Shown: one piece after another, positions 20,410 to 30,936 of the stretch
How positions within the stretch are numbered: the first letter of the stretch is position 1
Layout: each line of letters begins with the position of its first letter
Origin: an uncultured Actinomycetes bacterium
GTDB lineage: Bacteria > Actinomycetota > Acidimicrobiia > IMCC26256 > DASPTH01
Direction of reading: 5' to 3'
NCBI GenBank assembly: GCA_963705625.1
Contig: CAVPKG010000008.1
Location: 2,846 to 66,845, forward strand
Length of the DNA stretch: 64,000 bases
Notes under the pieces: model-generated
The model's database searches: none
What the model saw: the letters and a program-made list of their open reading frames with translations, nothing else
What the model was told of the DNA's origin: nothing
Position numbers and translations under genes: made by a program

Positions 20410-21350
20410 TCGCGCAGATCCTTTCCCGTGAGGTTGATGAAGACCGTCTCGAGCGACGGCTCGGCAACCGAGACATCGGTGAGGTCGAAGCCGTGTCGCT
20501 CGGCGGCGTTGAAGACGGCGGGCAACACACCCTCGCTGCCGCGCACCGCCACCCGGACGGTGCTGTCGACACGGTCGACTCGCTGCACGAAGGGCAAGTC
20601 GGCCATGAGCACGCGGGCGAGTGCGTCGAGGTCGCCCACCGCGGAGATCGTGACCATCGTGTCGACGCCGACGGTCCGCTTCAGCTCGGCCGGGCTTCCC
20701 AGCGCGAGGAGGTGCCCGTGGTCGATGATCGCGACGCGGTCACACAGGTTGTCGGCCTCTTCCATGTAGTGCGTGTTCATCATGATCGTCTGGCCGCCGC
20801 CGTGCAGCTCACGCAGGATCTCCCAGAGTGCGATTCGGCTCTGCGGATCGAGCCCGGCCGTGGGTTCGTCGAGAAAGAGCGTCGCGGGCTGGTGCATGAT
20901 CGCCCGCGCCACCATCAGGCGTTGCGCCATGCCGCCCGAGAGGGATTCGATGCGATCGTGCGCGCGGTCGGCGAGCCGGAATTGCTCGAGCAGGCGCGTC
21001 GCTTCCGCCTTCGCGGTCGCCGCCGGCATCGAGAAGAACCGACCGTGGAAGTAGAGGTTCTCCCACAGATCGAGTGAACGGTCGAGCGTGTTCGTCTGCG
21101 GAACGACGCCGATCACCTGCTTGGCCGCAGTGGGGTGGGCGACCACGTCGACGCCCCCGACGAACGCGCGTCCGCTCGTGGGGATCACGCGCGCCGTGAG
21201 CATGCCGATGGTGGTGGTCTTGCCGGCGCCGTTGGGCCCGAGGAAACCGAAGATCTCGCCGCGCTGCACCTCGAGGTCGAGGTTCTCGACCGCGCGCACA
21301 CCGTTGGGGTACACCTTGGTGAGCTGCTCGGTGCGGATGACCGGGTCCAT
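20406..21350 (-). CDS. ABC transporter ATP-binding protein (DrrA-like)
   Basis: GPNGAGKTT, LSGGM, FLDEPTAGLDPQ. Confidence 0.92.
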   Translation of the reverse strand: MDPVIRTEQLTKVYPNGVRAVENLDLEVQRGEIFGFLGPNGAGKTTTIGMLTARVIPTSGRAFVGGVDVVAHPTAAKQVIGVVPQTNTLDRSLDLWENLYFHGRFFSMPAATAKAEATRLLEQFRLADRAHDRIESLSGGMAQRLMVARAIMHQPATLFLDEPTAGLDPQSRIALWEILRELHGGGQTIMMNTHYMEEADNLCDRVAIIDHGHLLALGSPAELKRTVGVDTMVTISAVGDLDALARVLMADLPFVQRVDRVDSTVRVAVRGSEGVLPAVFNAAERHGFDLTDVSVAEPSLETVFINLTGKDLRE

Positions 21351-21396
21351 CACCTCTCATCATGAGCCTGCGGCGTGGGCCACGCCAGCCGGGCGG

Positions 21397-21954
21397 TCAG
21401 GCCTGCTGCGGCCCCACGTCTCGCACCTTCTGCACGTGCACGAGCGCGTCACGGAGCTGCGTGATCCAGTCGGATTCGTGGTCGCCGACGAGGCGCACAC
21501 ACCACGCGAGGGCGTGGCTCCGGCTGCGCGCCACGCCGGCGTCGACGAGGGTGTCGAGCACCTGCCGCTCCGGCATGCGGAGGCGCGTCATCACCGGCAC
21601 GCTCATCGTCGTGAAGATCTCTTCCTCGTCGCCGCAGCGCGCCGCCCAGGCCACCTTGCGCCCGAACCTCGCCTCGGCTTCGTCGGCGATACGCATCCGG
21701 GATTGGCGGGTGTCCTCGCGGAACCCCTGGATGCGCGCGAGCCGTGCCGCGGCGTTCGTGGTGTCGTCGGCATCCCGTCCGGCGTCGGGTTCGGCCAGGG
21801 TCCCCCAGACCAGGATCTCGTCGCGGTCGAAGGTGACCTCGGGGGGTGCGGTGAACCAACCGTCGGGAAGCCGCCCGGCGAACCAGCCCAGGAGCTTGCC
21901 GCCGTGGGACGTGGCGTCGGTGCTCGGTGGCTGCTGCGATGCCTGATCGTTCAT
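21397..21954 (-). CDS. conserved actinobacterial hypothetical protein
   Basis: GWFAGRLPDGWF, PVMTRLR..ERQVLDTLVDAGVARSRS. Confidence 0.8.
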   Translation of the reverse strand: MNDQASQQPPSTDATSHGGKLLGWFAGRLPDGWFTAPPEVTFDRDEILVWGTLAEPDAGRDADDTTNAAARLARIQGFREDTRQSRMRIADEAEARFGRKVAWAARCGDEEEIFTTMSVPVMTRLRMPERQVLDTLVDAGVARSRSHALAWCVRLVGDHESDWITQLRDALVHVQKVRDVGPQQA

Positions 21955-21967
21955 GATGATTACAGTA

Positions 21968-22399
21968 TTACATCGTTGCGCCCTTGGCAAGAGCAGCCCG
22001 GATGGCCTCCGCGCACGCCGCCATCTCCTCCTCGCTCGCGTACTTCGTGCGGGGCCAGAAGAAGCCCCGGAGACCGTCCTTGCGGTTGCGCGGAACCGCG
22101 TGCACGTGCAGGTGGGGCACGCTCTGGCTCACCACGTTGTTCAGGGCGACGAACGAGCCCTGGGCGCCCGTCGCGTCCTGCACCGCCGCGGCGACCGCCT
22201 GGGTCTGCGCGAAGAGCTCGTCGCGGAGCGAGTCGGGCAGGTCGCGCAACGTCGGTATGTGCGCGCGCGGGAGCACGAGCGTGTGGCCGGCAAAGAGCGG
22301 GCGGTGGTCGAGGAACGCCACGACGTTCGGCGTGTCGAGCACGACGTGCGCCGCGACGTCCCCGGCGACGATCGAGCAGAACGCGCAGCCCGTCGCCAT
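21968..22399 (-). CDS. HIT family protein
   Basis: CAFC..QSVPHLHVH. Confidence 0.92.
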   Translation of the reverse strand: MATGCAFCSIVAGDVAAHVVLDTPNVVAFLDHRPLFAGHTLVLPRAHIPTLRDLPDSLRDELFAQTQAVAAAVQDATGAQGSFVALNNVVSQSVPHLHVHAVPRNRKDGLRGFFWPRTKYASEEEMAACAEAIRAALAKGATM

Positions 22400-22408
22400 G
22401 GGTGTGCC

Positions 22409-22915
22409 CTACTCGGGTGACGTGTAGGGCCGCCGGCGGGCGGGGCCCGCCTCGCGCCTGGGCACCATCACCTTCCGGCGGAAGTAGCACACCTCTTCAC
22501 CGCGCTGGTTGAAGCCGCGCGACTCCACGGTGACCACGCCGCGGTCCGGGCGGCTCTCGGAGGCGCGCTTCTCGAGCACCGTCGTCTCCGCGTAGATCGT
22601 GTCGCCGTGGAAGGTGGGGCGCCGGTGGCGGAGCTGCTCCACTTCGAGATTGGCGATCGCGGCACCGCTCACGTCGGGCACGCTCATCCCGAGGACCAAC
22701 GAGTACACGAGGTTGCCCACCACCACGTTCTTGCCGAACTGTGTCTGCGTCTCCGCGTACCACACGTCGAGGTGCAACGGATGATGGTTCATCGTGATCA
22801 GGCAGAAGAGGTGGTCGTCGGCTTCGGTGATCGTCTTGCCCGGCCAGTGCTTGTACACGTCGCCCGGCTCGAAGTCCTCGAAGTACCGCCCGAACGGCCG
22901 TTCATGGATGGCCAT
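22409..22915 (-). CDS. MaoC family dehydratase
   Basis: FGRYFEDF..HWPGKTITEAD..NHHPLHLD. Confidence 0.9.
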   Translation of the reverse strand: MAIHERPFGRYFEDFEPGDVYKHWPGKTITEADDHLFCLITMNHHPLHLDVWYAETQTQFGKNVVVGNLVYSLVLGMSVPDVSGAAIANLEVEQLRHRRPTFHGDTIYAETTVLEKRASESRPDRGVVTVESRGFNQRGEEVCYFRRKVMVPRREAGPARRRPYTSPE

Positions 22916-23030
22916 GGTGGGGAGGCTACCGACGAGGCGAGAAGCGAAGCGAGCGAGTGACCCAAGTGTCGGCTGGGTCGCCGGATACCATCCGACGGTC
23001 GCCGGCCTCCCGATCACGGCGCCCTTCCCG

Positions 23031-24219
23031 ATGCCCGATCCCTACCCTCGCGACTCCGGCGGCCACGACGCTCGGCACAGCCGACGCGACCGCCGTGTCT
23101 GGCGACGGCAGGAGCGCGCCCGCCGCATCGTCACCATCGCTGCCGCGATCGTGATCGCCGCCGGTTTCGGGCTCCTCGCGACCGAGACGGTCCGGTTCGG
23201 CGGCGACGACCGTCCGACCCTTGCCGGCGCGGTGCCGCGCGGAGCCGGGCAGCACGTCGTCCACCACGACGATCGTCTCGGACCGGCCGTGTCGCTCCCC
23301 GCTCACCGACCCCAACCCGCTTCGCCTCTGGGTCGGCGGTGACTCGCTCGCCGGGTCGCTCGGCCCGTCGCTCGGGACGATCGCGGGGGCCACCGGTGTG
23401 GTCCAGCCGTACTTCGACTCGCGCGTGTCGAGCGGCCTCACCAACCCGAGCTTCTTCAACTGGCCCACCCACGCCGCGGCGGAGATGGCGCGCCTGAACC
23501 CGGAGATCGCCGTCTTCATCATCGGCGCCAACGACTATCTGGCGCCGACGACGCGACCCACCACGACCGGCACGGACGCCGCAACGAGCACCACGATGGC
23601 CGGTGACGACGCGTGGAAGGCCGACTACGCGAATCGCGTGGAGGCGATGCTGACAACGCTGAGCGCGCCGGGACGAACCGTCATCTGGGTGGGGCCGCCT
23701 CCGTTCAAGAACGATCACGACAACGCCGGTATCGAACAGATCAACGAGGTCTCGAAGGAAGTGATCGCGCGTCACCACGACGCCGTGTTCGTGGACGACT
23801 ACGCGATGTTCCTCGACGCGAACGGGAAGTACACCGACAAGCTGCCCGACGAGCACGGGAACCTCGTGACCGTTCGCGCCGGCGACGGTGTGCACTTCAC
23901 AACGGACGGCGGCAGCATGCTCGCACGCGCGGTGTACAAGCTCGTCGACGCACAGTGCAAGGTGACCGCGCAGCGCGTGCCCGGCGTGACGAAGGCGACC
24001 ATCCAAACCGAAGGCAGCACGCTCGTCGCGCCCGGGGGCAACACCGGGCAGGGTGGCACCGTCGCCACCACCCCTCCCGCCACCGCGCCTCCCACGACGA
24101 CCGCGCCGACGACGACGACCGCGCCGACGACGACGACCACCAGGCCGACGACCCTCCCGACCATCCCATCCGCCACTGCGCCACCGATCCCGACCTTCTC
24201 GACCGTCCCCTCGAGGTGA
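23031..24219 (+). CDS. DUF459/SGNH hydrolase-like membrane-anchored protein with Thr/Pro tail (frameshifted)
   Basis: GDSL, SSGL, GAND, DGVHF. Confidence 0.8.
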
Positions 24220-24264
24220 CGCTCGGGCACCGCGGGCGCGGAGGCCGTCGGTAGGCTGCCGCTC

Positions 24265-25887
24265 ATGCCCGACCAGCTGGTTGCCGCGGCGGCCGCCGTC
24301 GACCGGGCAGCCGAGATCGTCGACACCGCGACCGGCACGCTCGCGCGTGCATCGACCGAAAGCGGGCGGCTGTCGGTCGCGAAGCTCGACCAAAACCAGG
24401 TGCTCGCCTACGACCTCGCGCACGCCGCCAGCGCGGTCGAGGGGTGCCGCGTGATGCTCACCTACGGCGAGGAGGGCGAGCTCGAGTCGATGCTCGCACG
24501 CGCGTTCATCGCCGACGCCGTCGCCGATCTGGGTGCGAAGGTGCTCGGTCGAGACGCGCTGTGGGGCGCCGACCTCGACACGCTCGCCGGGGCGCTCCCG
24601 TTCGTCGAGGCGCACCGTTCTCCGCAGTTCCTGGAGGCACTGGCCGCGACGCTGCCCGAGTCGGGCACCGGTCCCCGCCACCTACCGGAGGAATTCGAGC
24701 TCGCGGCCGACACGTTCCGCCGGTTCGCCGCCGACAAGATCCGCCCGGTCGCCGAGCACGTGCACCGCACGAACGCCGACATCCCCGAGGACGTGATGGC
24801 CGGGTTGGCCGAGCTGGGCGGCTTCGGGCTCTCGGTGCCGGAGGAGTACGGAGGCTTCGCGACCGGCGGTGAATCCGACTACCTCGGCATGGTCGTCGCC
24901 ACCGAGGAGCTGTCGTGGGGGTCGCTGGGCGTCGGCGGATCGCTCATCACGCGGCCCGAGATCCTGACGCGCGCGATCGTGGCCGGGGGCACCGCGGCGC
25001 AGAAGCAGCGCTGGCTCCCTCGCATCGCGTCGGGCGAGCTGCTGGTAGGGGTGAGCGTGACCGAGCCCGACTTCGGCTCCGACGTCGCGAGCATCACCAC
25101 GATGGCCACGCCGGTCGACGGCGGCTACCGCGTGAACGGTGTGAAGACCTGGGCGACGTTCGCCGGGCGCGCCGAGCTGATCATGCTCCTCGCGCGCACC
25201 GATCCCGACCGTTCCGCTGCACACCGAGGGCTCTCACTGTTCGTCGTGGAGAAGGAAGCGGTGCCCGGCCACGCGTTCGCGCTCGCGCAGGGTGGCGGCG
25301 GCACGGTCGAGGGGCGCGCGATCGACACGATCGGCTACCGCGGCATGCATTCGTTCGAGGTGTCGTACGCCGACTGGTTCGTGCCCGCGGAGAACCTCGT
25401 GGGCGAGGAAGCCGGCCTCGGCCGCGGCTTCTACCTCCAGATGGAGGGTTTCGAGAACGGACGGTTGCAGACCGCCGCGCGCGCCGTCGGGCTGATGCAG
25501 GCGGCGTTCGAGGCGGGGCTCGGCTACGCACGCGAGCGGGTCGTGTTCGGCCAACCCGTGTTCGACTACCAGCTGAGCCGGGCGAAGCTCGCCCGCATGG
25601 CGGCGTCGATCCAGGCCGGGCGCCAGTTCTCGTACGACGTCGCGGCCCGCATGGGCCGCGGTGAGGGAACGCTGGCGGCGTCGATGGTGAAGGCGTACGT
25701 GTGCCGGGCGGCGGAGTGGGTCACCAGGGAGGCGATGCAGCTCCACGGCGGCATGGGCTACGCCGAGGAGTTCCCCGTGTCGCGCTACTTCGTCGATGCA
25801 CGCGTGCTGTCGATCTTCGAGGGCGCCGACGAGACGCTCTGCCTGCGCGTCATCGCCCGTCGCTTGGCGGAGCAGGCGCTCGCCTGA
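24265..25887 (+). CDS. acyl-CoA dehydrogenase, (2S)-methylsuccinyl-CoA dehydrogenase-like
   Basis: 540 aa with N-terminal extension; GSLITRPEI, TEPDFGSD, IGYRGM, HGGMGYAEE, SIFEGA. Confidence 0.85.
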   Translation: MPDQLVAAAAAVDRAAEIVDTATGTLARASTESGRLSVAKLDQNQVLAYDLAHAASAVEGCRVMLTYGEEGELESMLARAFIADAVADLGAKVLGRDALWGADLDTLAGALPFVEAHRSPQFLEALAATLPESGTGPRHLPEEFELAADTFRRFAADKIRPVAEHVHRTNADIPEDVMAGLAELGGFGLSVPEEYGGFATGGESDYLGMVVATEELSWGSLGVGGSLITRPEILTRAIVAGGTAAQKQRWLPRIASGELLVGVSVTEPDFGSDVASITTMATPVDGGYRVNGVKTWATFAGRAELIMLLARTDPDRSAAHRGLSLFVVEKEAVPGHAFALAQGGGGTVEGRAIDTIGYRGMHSFEVSYADWFVPAENLVGEEAGLGRGFYLQMEGFENGRLQTAARAVGLMQAAFEAGLGYARERVVFGQPVFDYQLSRAKLARMAASIQAGRQFSYDVAARMGRGEGTLAASMVKAYVCRAAEWVTREAMQLHGGMGYAEEFPVSRYFVDARVLSIFEGADETLCLRVIARRLAEQALA

Positions 25888-25905
25888 CCTGCCCGTTTGA
25901 CGCGC

Positions 25906-26313
25906 TTACTTCATGCCGGCTTCGATGCCGGCGACGCTGAAGTCGGCGTTGATCTTGACGGTGACCTTGGAGCCGTCCGACTTCGTCATGTGCGCCTCGT
26001 ACGTTGCGCCCTCGGCGTCGTTCTCGACGCGGTCGACGGTGGCACCGGGCACCGCAGCCCGAGCGGCGGACGTGACCTGGGTCGCGGTGTCACCGGTGAG
26101 CAGCACTTCGGTGACGCCGTTCGCCGTGTGGCCACCCTGGCTCGGATCCGGTGCCGGCGCAGCGCGGTTCGGCGCACCGGTGGAGCTCGACGATGACGAC
26201 GAGGAGCCGGTCTGGGCAGTGGCGGTGCCGACGACGGAAGCGCCGATGGCACCGCCCGTGATCGCCGCGCCGACGGCGACCGCGGTCACTGCCAGCTTGC
26301 GGAACGTGTTCAT
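25906..26313 (-). CDS. secreted PepSY-like protein
   Basis: signal peptide, Ser linker, AAVPGATVDRVE.D..YEAH. Confidence 0.7.
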   Translation of the reverse strand: MNTFRKLAVTAVAVGAAITGGAIGASVVGTATAQTGSSSSSSSSTGAPNRAAPAPDPSQGGHTANGVTEVLLTGDTATQVTSAARAAVPGATVDRVENDAEGATYEAHMTKSDGSKVTVKINADFSVAGIEAGMK

Positions 26314-26490
26314 GGTGTTCTCCGTTTCTGGTCGTTGGTGTGGCTGATTGCCGAGACCAGACTCGGAGACGAACCACAAGCGTTCGTCGGCTCGACTCAA
26401 GAGTCGTGCAAGAAACCGATCGCGCCTGAACGTACGCGCTTGGGAGCGGCTTCCGCACCCAAACGCGCGCCCTTGCCGGTCAACTGCGGG

Positions 26491-27411
26491 TCATGCCCGC
26501 CGCGCTCGCCGCGGGTGACGAACTTGAGCGCCATCTTTCGACTCGCTTCGTCGATCATCTCGTCGCCGAACATCACCGCACCGCGGCGTTCGCCTTCGGT
26601 GTGCGTGCTCGTAGGCCTCGAGAATGTCGAACGCGCGGTCGAACTGCTCCTGCGTGGGCGTGAACACGTCGTTGATCACGGGCACCTGGTCGGGGTGGAG
26701 CGCCCACTTGCCGTCGTAACCGAGGATGCGGGTGCGCATCGCGTACTCGCGCAGCGCGTCGACCTCCCGGATCTTGAGGAACGGGCCGTCGATCACCTGG
26801 AGCCCGTTGGCGCGCCCGGCCATGAGGATCTTGGCGAACACGTAGTGGAAGTGGTCGCCCGGATACTCGGGGATCTGCACGCCGCCGGTGAGCACCGGCA
26901 TCTCGGTGGACGCGGCGAAGTCGGCGGGCCCGAACACGATCGTCTCCATCCGCGGTGACGCGGCGCAGATCTCCTCGACGTTGATGAGGCCGCGGGCGGT
27001 CTCGATCTGCGCTTCGATGCCGACGTGCGACTCACGGCCGGTGACCTGCTCGATCTGCGTGAGCAGGAGGTCGAGGGCGACCACCTCGCTCGCCGACTGC
27101 ACCTTGGGCAGCATGAGCTCGTCGAGGCGCTCGGACGCGTTCTCGACCACGTGTACGACGTCGCGATACGTCCACTTCGTGTCCCACGCGTTCACCCGCA
27201 CGCAGAGCACGGTCTCGCCCCAGTCGAGCTCGTTGATCGCCTTCACGACGTTGTCGCGGGCGGCTTCCTTCTCGAGCGGTGCGACCGAGTCCTCGAGGTC
27301 GAGGAAGACCATGTCGGCGCCGAGGTTCGGTGCCTTGCCGAGCATCTTCTCGCTCGAGCCCGGTACCGCCAGGCACGTGCGCCGAGGCAGGTCACGTGAT
27401 CGTTCGGACAT
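26491..27411 (-). CDS. CitE/malyl-CoA lyase-like CoA ester lyase (C-terminal frameshift)
   Basis: FLDLEDSVAP, VRVN, LPKV, QIET, GPAD, GYDGKWALHP. Confidence 0.9.
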   Translation of the reverse strand: MSERSRDLPRRTCLAVPGSSEKMLGKAPNLGADMVFLDLEDSVAPLEKEAARDNVVKAINELDWGETVLCVRVNAWDTKWTYRDVVHVVENASERLDELMLPKVQSASEVVALDLLLTQIEQVTGRESHVGIEAQIETARGLINVEEICAASPRMETIVFGPADFAASTEMPVLTGGVQIPEYPGDHFHYVFAKILMAGRANGLQVIDGPFLKIREVDALREYAMRTRILGYDGKWALHPDQVPVINDVFTPTQEQFDRAFDILEAYEHAHRRRTPRCGDVRRRDDRRSESKDGAQVRHPRRARRA

Positions 27412-27514
27412 GGCCCGGAGGGTAGACGCGCGGCGCCGAAATGGGCTTCGCCGCGGCGGTCAACCTCTCCCGCGCCGAGCTCGACCGGGTGATCGAGGGC
27501 ATAGCCTCCGAGCC

Positions 27515-28363
27515 ATGACTGCGAAGACCTCACACTCGAAATTGGGCCTCACCGAGCTCGGCGACGGCGTGTACGCGTGGCTCCAACCCGGCGGCGAATC
27601 TGGCGTGTCGAACGCGGGCGTGGTCGTCGACGACGACGGCATCACGGTGATCGACACCCTCATGGTGCGCTCGCAGTGGGAGCCGTTCGCGGCGGCGGTG
27701 GCCGAGCTCGACATCCCCGTACGGCGCACGATCCTCACGCATGCGCACATCGACCACTGCGGGGGCACGAAAGCCTTCGAACGCGCGGCCGTCTACGGCT
27801 CGCAGCAGACGAGCGACGTGCTCGACCAGGCCATGCCGATCGACGGCTACAAGGCGTTCATGCCCGCATTCGATCGCGAGTTCGACGAGCTCGAGGAGCT
27901 CGGCACCCGGCCGGTCACCCACATCGTGAGCGGCCCCGCGCAGCTCACGCCGCGGTGCGAAGTGCTCCCGGCCGAGGGCCACACCGAGGGCGACATCATC
28001 GTGCTCGTCGCCGACACCGACCTCTGCTTCGCCGGCGACATCTGCTTCTTCGGCGTCACGCCGCTGGCGTTCCAGGGCAACCCCGCGGTGTGGGCCGACG
28101 TGCTCGACGCGGTCGCGGACCTCGCGGGGGTGATCGTGCCCGGGCACGGGCCCGTGGGCAGCGAAACCGAAGTGCGCGAGCTCCAGGGCTACCTGCGTGC
28201 CTGCGTCGACGCCGACGGCGACGTACGCGCGATCCCGGCAGGACCGTGGGACACCTGGCTCGAGCGGGAACGCGACGCGATCAACGTCGAACGCGCCGCC
28301 ATGCTCGGGCGCGGCGACGACCAGATCCCGCAGTCGATGCTGAAGGCCATGGGGATGGCCTGA
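27515..28363 (+). CDS. MBL-fold metallo-hydrolase (cyclase-like)
   Basis: SNAG, THAHIDHCGG, GHT.GD, VPGHG. Confidence 0.88.
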   Translation: MTAKTSHSKLGLTELGDGVYAWLQPGGESGVSNAGVVVDDDGITVIDTLMVRSQWEPFAAAVAELDIPVRRTILTHAHIDHCGGTKAFERAAVYGSQQTSDVLDQAMPIDGYKAFMPAFDREFDELEELGTRPVTHIVSGPAQLTPRCEVLPAEGHTEGDIIVLVADTDLCFAGDICFFGVTPLAFQGNPAVWADVLDAVADLAGVIVPGHGPVGSETEVRELQGYLRACVDADGDVRAIPAGPWDTWLERERDAINVERAAMLGRGDDQIPQSMLKAMGMA

Positions 28364-28371
28364 CCCGAGCG

Positions 28372-29053
28372 CTACTTCACGTGCTCTCGGAGAAAGGCGA
28401 TCGTGCGCTCCCACGCCGCCTGCGAGTGCGCCTCGTGGTACACCTCGGGCCGGTGGTGGTTGGTGAACGCGTGCTCGGTGCCCGGGTAGAGGAAGAACTC
28501 GTAGTGCTTCCCGGCGGCTGCGAGCTGGTCTTCGAGCGCGGCAACCGCCGGCGGACCCGCGAAGTCGTCGTTCTGCGCATAATGCCCCTGCAGCGCCGCC
28601 TTGAGCTTCGTGTAGTCGGGTTGCGCACCCTCCCACGGGATGACCCCGTAGTACGGCACGACCGCGAGGACATCGTCGGGCCGCAGCGTCGCGAGCCACA
28701 GCGCGAGCCCGCCGCCCATGCAGAACCCGACGACACCGACACCGTTGGACGTGACCGCTGCGTGCGCCGCGCAGGTAGTCGATCGCGCCCGCCATGTCCT
28801 TCGCGGCCCGCTCGATGTTCAGCGCCATCATCAGCTTGCCGGCCTCGTCGGGTTCCGTCGTGATCTCACCGCGGTAGATGTCGGGGGCCAGCGCGACGAA
28901 GCCCTCGGACGCGAAGCGGTCGCAGACCTCCTTGATCTGGTCGTTGAGACCCCACCACTCCTGCAGCACGACGATGCCCGGTCCTGCACCCGAGGCGGGA
29001 ACGGCGAGATACCCCTGTCCCTCGGTGCCGTTGCTCGGAAAGCTCACCATCAC
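28372..29053 (-). CDS. dienelactone hydrolase family protein (frameshifted)
   Basis: LQEWWGL, GFCMGG, HAF. Confidence 0.9.
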
Positions 29054-29055
29054 CT

Positions 29056-29140
29056 GCGCTCACTCTCTGCGGCGCAGGGCACCTGCACCGCGGTCGTTCG
29101 TTCGCCGGCGAGCGCACTCCGCTTCCGCTGCGTGCGCCGC
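29056..29140 (-). repeat. inverted, diverged copy of the composite hairpin repeat
   Basis: reverse complement GCGGCGCACGCAGCGGAAGCGGAGTGCGCTCGCC..GAACGACC-GCGGTGCAGG-TGC-CCTGCGCCGC-AGAGAGTGAGCG resembles 31996-32073. Confidence 0.65.
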
Positions 29141-29186
29141 ATCGCGCAGGCTACGCGTTAAGTTCTGCCCGTTCCTGGAGGACAGC

Positions 29187-29666
29187 GTGGTGAAGAATCC
29201 CGATCCGACCCTGAAGCTCACGACGACGAAGGGCGTGACGCGCACGCTCGACGACTGGTCGACCATGTTCCACCTCTGCCTCGTGATCCTCCCGCCCCGG
29301 CCGGAAGCGTCTGCCTTCATCCCGATCGCGAAGCGGATCTTCGCGGTGTTCGGCGACGCCGACTGCCACACGGCGTTCTGCGTATGCGGCAACGAGTTCA
29401 TCGCCCGTGGCGTGCTCGGCGACGCCGAAGACCGGTACCTCACGTTCATCGATCCCGACCGCGCCTTCGTCGAGAGCCTCGGCCTCACCCACCTGCCGGC
29501 CTTCGTGCACCTCCGGCAGGACACCAGCATCGTCGCGTCGGCAGAGGGCTGGGATCCCGAGGAGTGGCAGCGGGTGGTCAAGGAGGTGGCCAGGGCCATG
29601 GCCTGGAGCGCTCCCGAGGTGGCGAAGCCCGGCGATCCTCCCCCCACACCCGGCTGGCCCGTGTAA
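29187..29666 (+). CDS. hypothetical protein, possible thioredoxin-like/AhpC fold lacking CxxC
   Basis: FIDPDRAFVESLGLTHLPAFVHL..GWDPEEW. Confidence 0.65.
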   Translation: MVKNPDPTLKLTTTKGVTRTLDDWSTMFHLCLVILPPRPEASAFIPIAKRIFAVFGDADCHTAFCVCGNEFIARGVLGDAEDRYLTFIDPDRAFVESLGLTHLPAFVHLRQDTSIVASAEGWDPEEWQRVVKEVARAMAWSAPEVAKPGDPPPTPGWPV

Positions 29667-29742
29667 GAATGCCCTGGTCAGCGGCCGGGAACACGATGGC
29701 TGGACCCGCCCGCAACCGCTCAACTAGGGTGCGGCGCGTTCG

Positions 29743-29782
29743 AGCCGTACGTCATGTGAGTGGCGTACGGCTTTGTCGTTGT
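29743..29782 (+). terminator. intrinsic terminator-like hairpin
   Basis: 12-bp stem AGCCGTACGTCA/TGGCGTACGGCT (one G-U pair), 6-nt loop, followed by TTGTCGTTGT. Confidence 0.55.
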
Positions 29783-29824
29783 CAGATGTGTCCATTGCGG
29801 CAGAGCTTGGGAGCCCCCTCACAC

Positions 29825-30915
29825 ATGAAGCGCCGGGCACTGCGACTGCTCACACTGGCACTCGCGCTGTCGACGCTGGGCTCGCTCCTCGGTCCGGTCT
29901 CTGCGCCGGCTGCGCCGATCGACGACAAGCAGGCAGAGGCCGCGCAGCTCGAGCAGCAGATCACCGAGAACGGCCGCCGCATCGACGCAGTCAACGAGCA
30001 GATCAACAGCGCGCAGATCGCGCTCGACGACGCCAATGCCGCCATCGCCCTGGCCGATGCGCAGGTCGCCGCCGCGACCGCGAAGACCAAGGACCTGCGC
30101 GACGAGCTGGCTCGCCGCGCCGCCAACGTCTACATGCAGTCGGGTTCGTCGGGAGGCGTGTTCGACCTCGACGCGACGAACGCCACCGACCTCAACGCGC
30201 GCCGGACGTACACGGGCCTGGCCGCGCAGCGCGAGAAGCTACTGGTGAGTCAGCTCGCGCGCGCGCCAAGGACGACCTCGCGGCACGCAAGGCCGACGCG
30301 GAGGACGCGCGCGCCGCCGCCGATACCCAGAAGCAGCAGATCGAGTCGACGAAAGCGGTCCTCGTGGCGGGCGACGCCAAGCAGCGCGACCTGCTGTCGC
30401 AGGTGAAGGGCGACATCGCCGTCCTCGTCGCGCAGCAGGAAGCGGAGCGACGCGCGCGCGAAGAAGCCGCGGCCCAGGCACGAATCGCAGCGGCGGCCGC
30501 CGCGGCGGGCAACACGAGCAGTGGCGGCGGATCGGGCCTCGGCGCCGACACGACGCCGAGGAAGATCCCCGCTCCCAGCCCCAATGCGGCGAAGGCAATC
30601 GCGTACGCGCAGTCTCAGCTCGGCAAGCCGTACTGCTATGGCGGCGCCGGCCCGGACTGCTTCGACTGCTCGGGCCTCACGATGATGGCCTGGGGTGCGG
30701 GCGGTGTCGCGATGCCCCACGGCTCCACCGAGCAATACAACATGTTCGCGCACCTCCCGGTGGGCCAGGCCCAACCCGGCGACCTCATCGTGTGGGACGG
30801 GCACGTGGGCCTCTACATCGGCGGCGGCATGATGATCCATGCACCGCATACGGGCACCGTCGTCCAGATCGCGCCCATCTACGGCACCCCGTGGGGCGCC
30901 GCCCGTCCCGGCTGA
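29825..30915 (+). CDS. NlpC/P60 peptidoglycan endopeptidase with coiled coil (frameshifted)
   Basis: signal peptide, coiled coil, LGKPY.YG..GP..FDCSGL, HVGLY, IHAP. Confidence 0.9.
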
Positions 30916-30936
30916 TCCCTCTCCCTCGGGGGACTC

